Below, in pieces: positions 1 through 9,965 of a stretch of 32,478 nucleotides of DNA; position 1 is the stretch's first letter, and the number at the start of each line of letters is the position of its first letter. Under the pieces are notes generated by a model. That model made no database searches. It was not told the DNA's origin and saw only the letters and a program-made list of their open reading frames with translations. The DNA comes from Kofleriaceae bacterium. GTDB taxonomy: Bacteria > Myxococcota_A > Polyangia > Haliangiales > Haliangiaceae. The position numbers were made by a program, and so were the translations under genes. The stretch is from assembly GCA_046597055.1 (NCBI GenBank), contig JBKJLC010000254.1, positions 1 through 32,478 of the forward strand, in the 5' to 3' direction.

Positions 1-134
1 ACGCACGCCGGTGCCATTGCCCCAACCCGCCGACGCACGCACCACCCGGCCGGGGAATTTACGAGCGCGCCTGGGACCTCGTCCCCGCCTCGGCTCGTCC
101 TCCGTGCGGTCTCGAACACCCGCCCCGTGCTCGA
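1..134 (-). repeat. Dispersed repeat family A, copy 1 (truncated by window edge)
   Basis: Reverse complement aligns closely to 7768-7903 (shared GCCGAGGCGGGGACGAGGTCCCAGGCGCGCTCGTAA and GTTGGGGCAATGGCACCGGCGTGCGT). Confidence 0.9.
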
Positions 135-141
135 AGCGTCG

Positions 142-291
142 GGAGTCGATGGGCACCCCTCGGGATTGATCCCAAGTCTTCATGTGATCGGAAGCGCTCA
201 CTCTTTCCCGGAGGCGGGCTCGCGTGCGCTCGCCCTGGCTCAGGGCCACCGGGAAAGATGTGCGGGATCCTGCGGGGTGCCCTTCGACTCC
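142..291. repeat. Long imperfect inverted repeat / REPIN-like hairpin
   Basis: GGAGTCGA-T-GGGCACCCC (142-159) pairs with GGGGTGCCC-T-TCGACTCC (274-291). Inner TCTTTCCCGG (202-211) pairs with CCGGGAAAGA (249-258). Confidence 0.7.
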
Positions 292-344
292 GCGCCTCGG
301 AAGTCGGGCGATCGGGTCGCGGGATCGAGATGGAGTCGCGCGCC

Positions 345-1973
<1,629 letters not shown>

Positions 1974-2112
1974 CGACGACAGGACACGTGCCGTGCCGGG
2001 CGGGACTGTAGCAGCGGAGCCCCCGGGCCTCAAGGATTGATTCCGCGGAGTTTTTCGACCTGCGCGGCGGACTTGATCGGCCCGCCGCACCCGACGATGC
2101 TCCGGGCTCCCG

Positions 2113-3006
2113 ATGGCCGACATCACCGATCCAGGCGACGGGCTGCGCGCCGAGCTCGAGGCCCTGCGCCGCCGGCTCGACGATCAGGGCAACGTCCTGC
2201 GCAAGAACCAGCAGGCGCTGGGCGAGCTGGCCGACTCGGTGGGGCGCCTGGTGACGTCGCAGCGCCGGCGCGAGCGCTGGATCAACGTCAACTCCTTCGT
2301 CGCGTATGTCCTGTTCACGGTCGTGCTCGGCGGCGCGTTCTTGACGCTGTACCGGTCGCGTGCGAACGAGCTGGTGCGCGGTCGCGATGGCGCGGTCAGC
2401 GAGCGCGACCTGGCGCGCAGCCGGGTCAAGACCCTCGAGGACGAGCTGGCCGGCCGCCAGCAGGCGGTGCAGAAGGCCTACGGCTTCTTCCAGCTGCTCG
2501 AGAGCGGCAAGCGCGCCGACGCGGTCACCCAGTACCCCGAGCTCGACCCGGCCCAGCTGACCCCGACCGAGCGCGAGGTGTTCGCGCGCGGCTACAAGAA
2601 GGCGCGCGAGGAGCTGGTCGACGCCGGCTACCTGACCGGCCTCGACGCGGCCCGCGGCGGGGATCACGCCAAGGCGATCGCCGAGCTGCGCCGCGCGCTC
2701 GCCTACGAGGAGGAGGGGCCACGCGCCGCGCAGATGCGCTACTTCCTCGGCGTCGCGCTGGTGAAGTCCAAGGACGCCGACAAGGGCCGACGCGAGCTCG
2801 AGCTGGCGCTGGCCGGGCGGGTCGAGCAGAGCGGCGCGGTCGACGCCCGCTTCTGGCTGGCGACCGCGCTCGAAGCCCAGGGCGACGTGGTCGCGGCGCG
2901 CACCGAGTACGAGCGGTTCGCTTCGAGCCAGCCGACGCACCCGCTGTCGGTCAGCGCGCGCCGCAAGGCGATGATGCTCGCCCGCCGCGTGACGCCAACC
3001 AACTGA
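2113..3006 (+). CDS. Membrane-anchored coiled-coil / tetratricopeptide repeat protein, 297 aa
   Basis: N-terminal coiled coil, one TM helix (FVAYVLFTVVLGGAFLTLY), TPR-like helices (MRYFLGVAL, ARFWLATAL..GDVVAARTEY). Confidence 0.75.
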   Translation: MADITDPGDGLRAELEALRRRLDDQGNVLRKNQQALGELADSVGRLVTSQRRRERWINVNSFVAYVLFTVVLGGAFLTLYRSRANELVRGRDGAVSERDLARSRVKTLEDELAGRQQAVQKAYGFFQLLESGKRADAVTQYPELDPAQLTPTEREVFARGYKKAREELVDAGYLTGLDAARGGDHAKAIAELRRALAYEEEGPRAAQMRYFLGVALVKSKDADKGRRELELALAGRVEQSGAVDARFWLATALEAQGDVVAARTEYERFASSQPTHPLSVSARRKAMMLARRVTPTN

Positions 3007-3125
3007 TACGCCGGTCGCGCGCGCTCGCCGCCCTCGCGACCCTCGCCGCCTGCGGTGGTGGCGACGACGCGGCGAGCCGGCACGGACGCGCCCGCCGCGG
3101 CGCCCGGCCCGGCTATGCTCGGGGG

Positions 3126-3737
3126 GTGGGCGTCCTGTTCGAGCCGCCGACCGTGCCGTTCGCGGCGGTGATCACCCCGATCGACGACGGCCGGTTCGCC
3201 CGCATGTGCGGCCGGTCGTGGCGCGACGATCCGCGCTGCCCGCCGCGCGACGCGCTGGCCCACGTCACCGTCCGCCACCAGACGATGGATCGCTCGGTGG
3301 TCGAGGGCGAGCTGGTGGTCGCCCACGCGCTGGCGACGCGCACGGTGACCCTGTTTGCGCGGCTGTACGCGATCGGCTTTCCGATCGCGCGCATGCGCCT
3401 GGTCGACGATCACGACGCCGACGACGATGCCTCGATGGCCGCTGACAACTCGTCGGGCTTCAACTTTCGCACCATCGCGGGCACCACCGTGCTGTCGCAG
3501 CACGCGCTCGGCCTCGCGATCGACATCAACCCGGTCGAGAACCCGATGATCTGGCCGGGCGGGGCCCGGTTCGTGCCACCGGTTGCCGCGCCGTATGTCG
3601 ATCGCCGCGCGCTGCGGCCGGGGATGATCGTGCGGCCCGGGCCGGTCACCGCGATCTTCGACGAGCTCGGCTGGGAGTGGGGCGGCGACTGGCTCCACGT
3701 GTCCGATCTGCACCACGTGGTCGCGCGCGTCCGCTAG
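3126..3737 (+). CDS. M15 family Zn metallopeptidase (peptidoglycan peptidase-like)
   Basis: NSSGFNFR..SQHALGLAIDINP (SxHxxGxAxD) and GWEWGGDW..DLHH motifs. GTG 3126 chosen because TATGCT lies 6 nt upstream; start uncertain. Confidence 0.8.
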   Translation: MGVLFEPPTVPFAAVITPIDDGRFARMCGRSWRDDPRCPPRDALAHVTVRHQTMDRSVVEGELVVAHALATRTVTLFARLYAIGFPIARMRLVDDHDADDDASMAADNSSGFNFRTIAGTTVLSQHALGLAIDINPVENPMIWPGGARFVPPVAAPYVDRRALRPGMIVRPGPVTAIFDELGWEWGGDWLHVSDLHHVVARVR

Positions 3738-3814
3738 CCCCAGCGAGCGGAGCGCAGCGGTCAACCATGACGCCGAGGTCCGGGGTCACGAGTCAGGTGC
3801 GAGGTCTGCCTTCT
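3734..3814 (+). repeat. Dispersed repeat family B, copy 1 (81 bp, single unit)
   Basis: CTAGCCCCAGCGAGCGGAGCG..CGGGGTCACGAGTCAGGTGCGAGGTCTGCCTTCT matches the reverse complement of 12433-12558. Confidence 0.9.
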
Positions 3815-3870
3815 CCAGGAGAGCCTGGCGGACGCTGTCCTGGCCCGCGCTGCGCTAGAATCGCGCGCAC

Positions 3871-5382
3871 ATGCCGCAGGTGATCGAGTTTCCGACGATG
3901 GGCTGGGATGCCCGGGCGACGCTGCTCGCGCTGGCGCGGATCTGTCGCGAGATGCCGGACGGCAGCGTGCCGTTCCGCGAGCTGCGCAGCCGGCTGCGCG
4001 TGGCCAAGCTGTGGGATCGCGAGCGGCCGGCCACCGTCCTGCGCGTGCTCGGCGTCAGCGGCGCGACCATCACGCCGACGCCGTTCATGAAGGCGGTCGC
4101 GGCGGCCAAGACCGACGACGACGCGCTGGCCGTGATCGCCGACCGCTTCCTCGAGCTCAACCCGCTCCTGTTCAAGACGGTGTGGGAGATGCTCGAGCAG
4201 CGCGCGCACAACAAGGACGAGCTATCGAAGCAGCTCAGCTCGTTCGCCTACCGCGGCAAGGTGCCGTCGCGCCCCGACCTCGAGAGCTTCTTCTTGATGC
4301 TGGTCGCGACCGGGGTCGCGCGGGTGGTCGGCATCGCCCTCGTCCACGGACCCACCGCGGCCCGGCACGCGGCCGCGGTCGCGGCGCTCGACCTCGACGA
4401 GCTGCTCGAAGGCGACCAACCCTACCCGGAGCCGGTGATCCCGGCCGGCGACGAGGACGGGCCCGCCACCGCCGCGCCTGCCGCCGCGGCCGAGGCCGAG
4501 GCGGATGCGACCGCCACGCCGGCGGGGCCGTCGGCGCCGCCGGCCTCGCCGCTGCCGAGCTACCTCCGCCACCTGGCCGCCGCGACCACGCCGTCGCCCC
4601 GCGGGCGCAACCGGGTCGTCCCGATCTCGCGCTTCGCCGGCGGCTTCTCCGAGGAGATCCTGGCCGAGACCACGCGCCGGATCACCGAGTGGAACCAGGA
4701 GGCGGTGACCGTGCCGTCGCCGTACCAGCCCGACGATCTCGGCCTCGATGCCGAGACCTGGGTCGAGGGCGCCGACGAGCTGCTCTACCGGATCGCGGTC
4801 TGTGCCGCCCTGGTGTTCCGGCTCGAGACCGATCGCGACGGCGTGATCCGCGCGTACAAGGCGCTCGATCAGGCCGGCGTGCTCGCCGACCTCTATCACG
4901 GCACCGTGCCGGAGAGCCTGCCCGCCCACGTCGACGCCCGCGCGCTGATGCTGGCCTCGCTGGCGGCGCGCCGGTGCGCCGAGAGCCCCGAGCTGGCGTC
5001 GTCACTCGAGCAGCAGAAGTCGGCGGGCGAGGCGTTCGCGGTGCTCGAGGCCGCGCTCGGTCGCGGCCTGTTCCGCATCGAGCTGTTCTGGATCCTCGGC
5101 ATGCTCGGCCGGCTCGGCGTGGTGCGCTGGGACGACCTCGGCGAGCTGTCGGCGCTGCCGCACCGGCTGGTCCGCGACACCCTGTTCCGACTCGGCTTCG
5201 TCGAGACCCCGTACGCGTCGGATCCGCCGACCCTGGTCACCGCGGCGCGCGCGGCGCGGCGCGCCACCGGCAGCGATCCCGCCGACGAGATCTTGACCCG
5301 GTTCGCGCTCGCCGCCGGCTGCGCCTACGACTGCCCGCATCGCCGGGCCTGCGACTTTCCCTGTCGCGAACGCCTCGAATAG
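3871..5382 (+). CDS. Hypothetical protein, 503 aa; possible N-terminal winged helices and C-terminal HhH-GPD-like fold with a 4-Cys cluster
   Basis: Coherent ORF with typical codon usage and TAGAAT upstream. C-terminus HRLVRDTLFRLGFV..CAYDCPHRRACDFPC. Domain calls are by eye only. Confidence 0.7.
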   Translation: MPQVIEFPTMGWDARATLLALARICREMPDGSVPFRELRSRLRVAKLWDRERPATVLRVLGVSGATITPTPFMKAVAAAKTDDDALAVIADRFLELNPLLFKTVWEMLEQRAHNKDELSKQLSSFAYRGKVPSRPDLESFFLMLVATGVARVVGIALVHGPTAARHAAAVAALDLDELLEGDQPYPEPVIPAGDEDGPATAAPAAAAEAEADATATPAGPSAPPASPLPSYLRHLAAATTPSPRGRNRVVPISRFAGGFSEEILAETTRRITEWNQEAVTVPSPYQPDDLGLDAETWVEGADELLYRIAVCAALVFRLETDRDGVIRAYKALDQAGVLADLYHGTVPESLPAHVDARALMLASLAARRCAESPELASSLEQQKSAGEAFAVLEAALGRGLFRIELFWILGMLGRLGVVRWDDLGELSALPHRLVRDTLFRLGFVETPYASDPPTLVTAARAARRATGSDPADEILTRFALAAGCAYDCPHRRACDFPCRERLE

Positions 5383-5414
5383 CGCAGGTGCCCTTGGCAC
5401 GGTACGCTCGAGAC

Positions 5415-5711
5415 GTGCTGATGCTAGCGCTGGTCATCTTCGGGGTCACGGCATGGTTCCTCGGCCTCCGCGCAGGCGGGGTCGCGGCGGGGGTCAGCTT
5501 CGCGACGCTCATCGCGGCGCAGGTCGTCCCCGGCACCGCGGTCGTGATCTATGCACTCCACGTCCTGTGGGTCGGCGCGATGGTCTACCTCGGCCCCCGG
5601 GTGGCCAAGATGGTCACCAAGCCCGAGGACAAGAGCATCGAGGCGCAGGCGCGCCGCTGGTTGAAGCGGGGCAAGGCGCTCGGCGCCGCGTTCTGGCGCT
5701 CGCGGAAGTGA
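5415..5711 (+). CDS. Small membrane protein, ~98 aa
   Basis: Two to three hydrophobic segments and a basic tail. GTG 5415 has TACGCT 6 nt upstream; alternative start ATG 5421. Confidence 0.7.
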   Translation: MLMLALVIFGVTAWFLGLRAGGVAAGVSFATLIAAQVVPGTAVVIYALHVLWVGAMVYLGPRVAKMVTKPEDKSIEAQARRWLKRGKALGAAFWRSRK

Positions 5712-5832
5712 TGGGGTCTCCGCCGCCGGCGGGGACAACGCACCCGGTGATGCGCAGCGCGCTGGCGACTCCGCCCCCAGGTTTTGTGAGTGCGAGCCCA
5801 CAGCGCGACACTGATATCGGCCACTTGGTCGT

Positions 5833-5848
5833 CGGCACGTGGTTCGCA
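5833..5848 (+). promoter_or_regulatory. Putative sigma54 (-24/-12) promoter
   Basis: CGGCAC-GTGGT-TCGCA: GG at 5834-35 and GC at 5846-47 have canonical spacing, just upstream of ATG 5862. Confidence 0.5.
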
Positions 5849-5861
5849 AACCTCGCCGGCC

Positions 5862-6629
5862 ATGACCCTCCGGCTTCGCGTCGCGCTCCTCCTTGGTCTC
5901 GGCATGCTCGCCGCCTGTGAGGTTGGAGCGACCGGCCCGATGGGTGGTGGCGGCGGCGGCGGTGGTGGCGGCGGTGGCGGCGGTGGCGGTGGTGATGACG
6001 AGAACGTCGATGCGGGTCCGCCGCCGGTGGTGCCGAGCTACGCGCTCGCGGTGACCCCGGCGATGGCGACCACCACGCTCGGGACCCGGACCACGTTCAC
6101 GGTCGCCCTGACCGCCAGCAACTTCAGCGGGCCGGTGACGCTGGCCGCGGGCGGCGTGCCCGCCACCTGGCAGGTCGCGGTCGACCCGCCCACCGTCGAC
6201 CTCACGTCGGCCGGTGCGACCGTGACGGTCGCGGTCACGATCCCGAGCAACGCCGACGCGGCGGCGACCGGCGCGCGGCTGACGATCGAGGCGACCGCGG
6301 CGCCGGGCACGCGCTCGGGCACCGCGATGGTGATGGTCGCCAACGAGTACGTGTTCAGCATCGCCGGCGGCACCGCGCGTGGCGCGCACTGGGGCGCGAT
6401 GGCGGGCGCCCGGGTGCAGCTCAAGCAGGGCACGCGCTTCGTCATCAAGAACGACGACACGATCGGGCACCGCATCCACACCAACGGCGGGGTCAGCGGC
6501 TTCAACCACCAGGAGACCACCATGGGCCCGGGCGGGGAGCTCGCGGTCACGGTTGGCGACGGCTCCGACATCTTCTACTGCCACGACCACGGCCAGAACA
6601 CCGGTGAGGTCACCCTGACCGTGCAGTGA
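5862..6629 (+). CDS. Lipoprotein with poly-Gly linker, Ig-like beta domain and C-terminal cupredoxin-like domain, 255 aa
   Basis: Lipobox LAAC, 17-Gly run (5943-5993), cupredoxin-like IKNDDTIGHRIH..FYCHDH. Confidence 0.75.
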   Translation: MTLRLRVALLLGLGMLAACEVGATGPMGGGGGGGGGGGGGGGGGDDENVDAGPPPVVPSYALAVTPAMATTTLGTRTTFTVALTASNFSGPVTLAAGGVPATWQVAVDPPTVDLTSAGATVTVAVTIPSNADAAATGARLTIEATAAPGTRSGTAMVMVANEYVFSIAGGTARGAHWGAMAGARVQLKQGTRFVIKNDDTIGHRIHTNGGVSGFNHQETTMGPGGELAVTVGDGSDIFYCHDHGQNTGEVTLTVQ

Positions 6630-7088
6630 CGCTGGCTCGGCCGGTGCGCCGGCCTGCGAACTCGGGCTCGAGCCGACCGCCGCGCGCGCCATGGCTCGCG
6701 ATCGTGGCGCGCGTGACGCGGTCGCTTCGTACAGCAACCAATCCGATCGGCGCGCACCAGGCGCTGCGGCCGATCGGACTGCACGCGCCCGTGATCAAAG
6801 GCGCCGCCGCCGCGGTGACCGCGCCTCGACGACGATCGATGGCGCCGTCGATGGCAACGTGGATCGCCAGGCCGCGGGTCGACGCCGGCGTGGCGCGTGC
6901 GGCCGTCGCGCGCGCTGGCTTCGAGCGACGCCGCCGGGTCTTGACCCGCGCGCGAGGACAAGGCAAAAGCACTCGTCCTCTCGTCTGTGCTCCGGAGCGT
7001 CTGTCCGCCTACCGGACTTTCTTTGCGGCATACCCTCCCACCCATGCGGGGGTTCTGGTATGACGCCGACTCCCTTCCCTGTTGCGCC

Positions 7089-7577
7089 ATGGCCAAGCAA
7101 TCCCGTCGTGACATCCGGGCCCTGCTGCTCGCTCCCTCGTCCGATCTGGCCAGCCAGGTCGACCAGCGTCTGCGACGGCTCGGATTCCCGATGCTGCGGC
7201 CGGCGCAGACGCAGCTGCTGACGCTGATCGAGGAGGGCGGCAAGCGGCTGACCGATCTGGTCGACTCGATGCACCTGCCCAAGCAGACGCTCGGCGACAT
7301 GGTCGACGACCTCGAGAGCCAGAAGCTGGTCGAGCGCTACCCCGACCCCGAGCACGGCGTGATCAAGCGCGTGCGGCTCGCCGCGCGCGGTCGGGCGTGG
7401 GCCGCCGAGGTGCGCAAGGTTGCCGAGTCGACCGAGCAGCGCTGGGCGACGCACCTCGGCAAGGCCAAGCTGAAGGTCCTGCGCGGGCTGCTCGAGGAGC
7501 TCTCGAGCGAGATCGACGGCGTCAGCCGCCCCGCGCCTGACGAAGCGCGGCCCAACGGCAAGCGCGCCCGCGCCTGA
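7089..7577 (+). CDS. MarR family transcriptional regulator, 162 aa
   Basis: LRPAQTQLL..RLTDL..PKQTLGDMVDDLE..LVERYPDP..KRVRLAARG matches the MarR wHTH pattern. Confidence 0.85.
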   Translation: MAKQSRRDIRALLLAPSSDLASQVDQRLRRLGFPMLRPAQTQLLTLIEEGGKRLTDLVDSMHLPKQTLGDMVDDLESQKLVERYPDPEHGVIKRVRLAARGRAWAAEVRKVAESTEQRWATHLGKAKLKVLRGLLEELSSEIDGVSRPAPDEARPNGKRARA

Positions 7578-7767
7578 GCGCCACGCGCCCCTGACCTGCA
7601 CGCGCGCCGCCGGTCGGCGAGATCGGTCGGCGCGAGACGTCTCGGTCACTCCCCCGTTCGTGCTGAGCGCAGCGCGCAGCGCGCAGTCGAAGCACGCCCT
7701 GCATCGGGTGCGACGGCGCGCATTGGATCGCACAACTTTCTCGGGTGCGGTCGCACGTGCCTCGCGG

Positions 7768-7903
7768 TCGAGCACGGCTCCGGTGTTCGTGACCGGCACG
7801 GAGGACGTGCCGAGGCGGGGACGAGGTCCCAGGCGCGCTCGTAATTTCCCCGGCCGGGTGGTGCATGCGTCGGCGGGGTTGGGGCAATGGCACCGGCGTG
7901 CGT
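7768..7903 (+). repeat. Dispersed repeat family A, copy 2
   Basis: Inverted near-copy of 1-134, located between convergent genes. Confidence 0.9.
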
Positions 7904-7942
7904 TGTGCCCGGAGACCCCGGATCGAGCGAGCGCCGGGACCT

Positions 7943-7965
7943 CGGCCTCGCCGACGGCGAGGCCG
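7943..7965. terminator. Perfect 10-bp GC hairpin, possible bidirectional terminator
   Basis: CGGCCTCGCC-GAC-GGCGAGGCCG between convergent marR and DUF481 genes; no clear U-tract. Confidence 0.35.
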
Positions 7966-8072
7966 GCCCCGCAGTCTGCCTTTGACTGCGCGCGACGCGC
8001 GGCGACTCAGGGTATTCGGGGCCGGGCGGGCCGCGATCGTCGCGGACGCCCCGCAGCCGCGCGCGTCCGGCG

Positions 8073-8993
8073 CTACAGCAGCGTGACGATCAGCGAGGCC
8101 TTGGTCGTGGTGTCGAGCTTCTCGGACGCGAGCTGGTCCTTGGTCGGCGGGTTCACCAGGTCCTGCGGCAGGCTGCCGAGCGCGGCCGGCGCCGGCACGT
8201 TGTCGAAGCGGGCGAGGAACGAGACCGACAGCGAGATGTCGTCGGTGATCTTGGTCGAGAGCTCGGCCTTGCCGATGGTGCGGATGTCCTCGAACCGATC
8301 GGCCAGCGCGGTCTCGTTCACGTTCACGAACAGCTCGATCGAGCCGGTGAGCTTGGTGGTCTCGGTGAGGACGCCCTCGTAGCCGGCGAAGCCGCGCGCC
8401 GAGTGGATCGAGACCGAGTCGACCGGGCCGCTGACGTAGTTCTCGTAGCTGAAATCGTAGCCGGCCTCGCCGACGACCGCGTGCTTCTCGCTCTTGAAGA
8501 TCGTGCGCGCGTAGCCGAGCTGACCGCCACCGGTGAAGTCCTTGCCGGCGATCGGGTCGACCGCGGCCAGGCCGGCCACGAACAGCGCGTCGAACTCGGA
8601 CAGGAAGCGGTCGTAGCGGACCTTGCCCGCGAGATTCTTGGCCGCGGTCGCGCGCTCCCGGGTGATCTCGTCGCTGCTGATCGTGCCGCTCATGTTGGTA
8701 TCGGCGACGACCAGGTTCGACGCGCGGGCCAGCACGCCGGCCGCCTCGATCGACAGCTTGTTCTGCTTCTCCTTGCGCATCGCCTTGAGGCCGCCGCTCA
8801 CGGTCGTCGTCCGCGAGTTGCCGGTCGACAGGACCAGGCCGGCCTCGGCGGTCGCGTTCCAATCGACCTTGTCGACGTCCTTGAGGTCGTCGGCCTTGCC
8901 GAACTCGAACTTCGGATCGGGCTGCGCGCTCGCGATCGCGCTGGAGCCGAGGAGGATGGTGAGGGAGGTCGCGAGCCGGCGCGGCGTTCTCAT
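8073..8993 (-). CDS. DUF481-like outer-membrane beta-barrel protein, 306 aa
   Basis: Signal peptide (ASA-QPD), WNATAEAGLVLSTGNS, alternating beta strands, RFDNVP..DTTTKASLIVTLL C-terminus. Confidence 0.75.
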   Translation of the reverse strand: MRTPRRLATSLTILLGSSAIASAQPDPKFEFGKADDLKDVDKVDWNATAEAGLVLSTGNSRTTTVSGGLKAMRKEKQNKLSIEAAGVLARASNLVVADTNMSGTISSDEITRERATAAKNLAGKVRYDRFLSEFDALFVAGLAAVDPIAGKDFTGGGQLGYARTIFKSEKHAVVGEAGYDFSYENYVSGPVDSVSIHSARGFAGYEGVLTETTKLTGSIELFVNVNETALADRFEDIRTIGKAELSTKITDDISLSVSFLARFDNVPAPAALGSLPQDLVNPPTKDQLASEKLDTTTKASLIVTLL

Positions 8994-9021
8994 GACCTGC
9001 GATGTAGCTAACTTTCCGCCA

Positions 9022-9912
9022 CTAGCCAAGCCGCGGGATGACCTTGAGGCGGTACCCGAACCGGTGCCGCGACTCGATCAGGTCGCCGATCTCGGCCTTC
9101 ACCAGCACCCGCCGGACCCGCCGCACCAGCTGCTTGACGTGGTTGTCACCTGGGTCACGCGTGTCCCAGGACAGATCGCCGATCAGCTCCGACGTGCGCA
9201 CGAAGCCGCGCACGATGTCGGGCTGCTCGGGCTCGGCGGCCATGCGCCGGACCAGGAGCGCGAAGAACTCGAACTGGGTCGCGGTGAGCTGGACCTGCTT
9301 GCCGTCGATCTCGACCAGCCCGCCGCCGCCGCCCGATGGCTCGTGCAGCCGGATCTGGTAGACCGGCAGGCCGACGTCGGTGTGGTCCTCGTCGGCGTAG
9401 TCCGCGCTGGCGGTCACCACCGGCGGCGCGCGCAGGCGCTCGGTCGGCCGGAGCGTGATCGCCGCGTTGGCGTCGAGCACCACCGGCGCGAGCAGCTTGC
9501 CGTCGGGCACGAAGTAGAAGCCGACCTGGCCGACCAGGATCCGATCGCCGTGGCGCAGCGTGGTCGATTCGTTGACCTCGTGATCGTTGACCAAGGTGCC
9601 GTTGGCCGAGCCGAGATCGCGCAGCGACCACAACTTGCGCACCGGATCCCACGACAGGTGGGCGTGATGACGCGAGACCGAGCCCTCGAGCACGCTGACG
9701 CCGGCGCCCTCGAGCTGGCGCCCGACCAGGGTGCGCGCGTCGAGCGGATGTGGACGTCCCCACGGATCGACCATCACCGCGCCGGTTGGCTTGGCCGCGG
9801 TCGCCAGGATCTGTTCGGGGACCAGGCCGACCGGGCTCGTGATCTCCTCGCGGCAGTCTTCACAGAGGTGCCCCATCTCGGCCGGGCGCAGATCGCAGAC
9901 CGCGCATTGCAT
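9022..9912 (-). CDS. Zn-finger + FHA + C-terminal OmpR-type winged-helix regulator, 296 aa
   Basis: CAVC..CEDC at the N-terminus; FHA motifs VGR, VSRHHA, DLGSANGTLVN; wHTH LTATQFEFFALL..VKQLVRRVRRVL..IESRHRFGYRL. Confidence 0.85.
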   Translation of the reverse strand: MQCAVCDLRPAEMGHLCEDCREEITSPVGLVPEQILATAAKPTGAVMVDPWGRPHPLDARTLVGRQLEGAGVSVLEGSVSRHHAHLSWDPVRKLWSLRDLGSANGTLVNDHEVNESTTLRHGDRILVGQVGFYFVPDGKLLAPVVLDANAAITLRPTERLRAPPVVTASADYADEDHTDVGLPVYQIRLHEPSGGGGGLVEIDGKQVQLTATQFEFFALLVRRMAAEPEQPDIVRGFVRTSELIGDLSWDTRDPGDNHVKQLVRRVRRVLVKAEIGDLIESRHRFGYRLKVIPRLG

Positions 9913-9965
9913 GGCCGGAGCATAACTCCAACTCCCGACCGTTGGCGCTGGTGGTCGGCGTGCGA

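Larger units (their letters stand above)
7654..8019. repeat. REPIN-like composite: two inverted REP-like units (7654-7695, 7978-8019) enclosing repeat family A copy 2
   Basis: CCGTTCGTGCTGAGCGCAGCGCGCAGCGCGCAGTCGAAGCAC compared with the reverse complement of the right unit, CCGAATACCCTGAGTCGCCGCGCGTCGCGCGCAGTCAAAGGC. Confidence 0.6.

Noticed and set aside
142..291. 6S RNA, tmRNA or tRNA
   Set aside because: Rod-like and contains TTCGACTCC, but there is no cloverleaf or CCA end and no 6S consensus that I can recognise.
6630..7088. Riboswitch or CDS in the 460-bp intergenic gap (GGCAAAAGC hairpin near 6953-6980)
   Set aside because: It does not match the c-di-GMP-I consensus beyond a few bases. 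The ORFs here are Arg/Ala-rich with no motifs.
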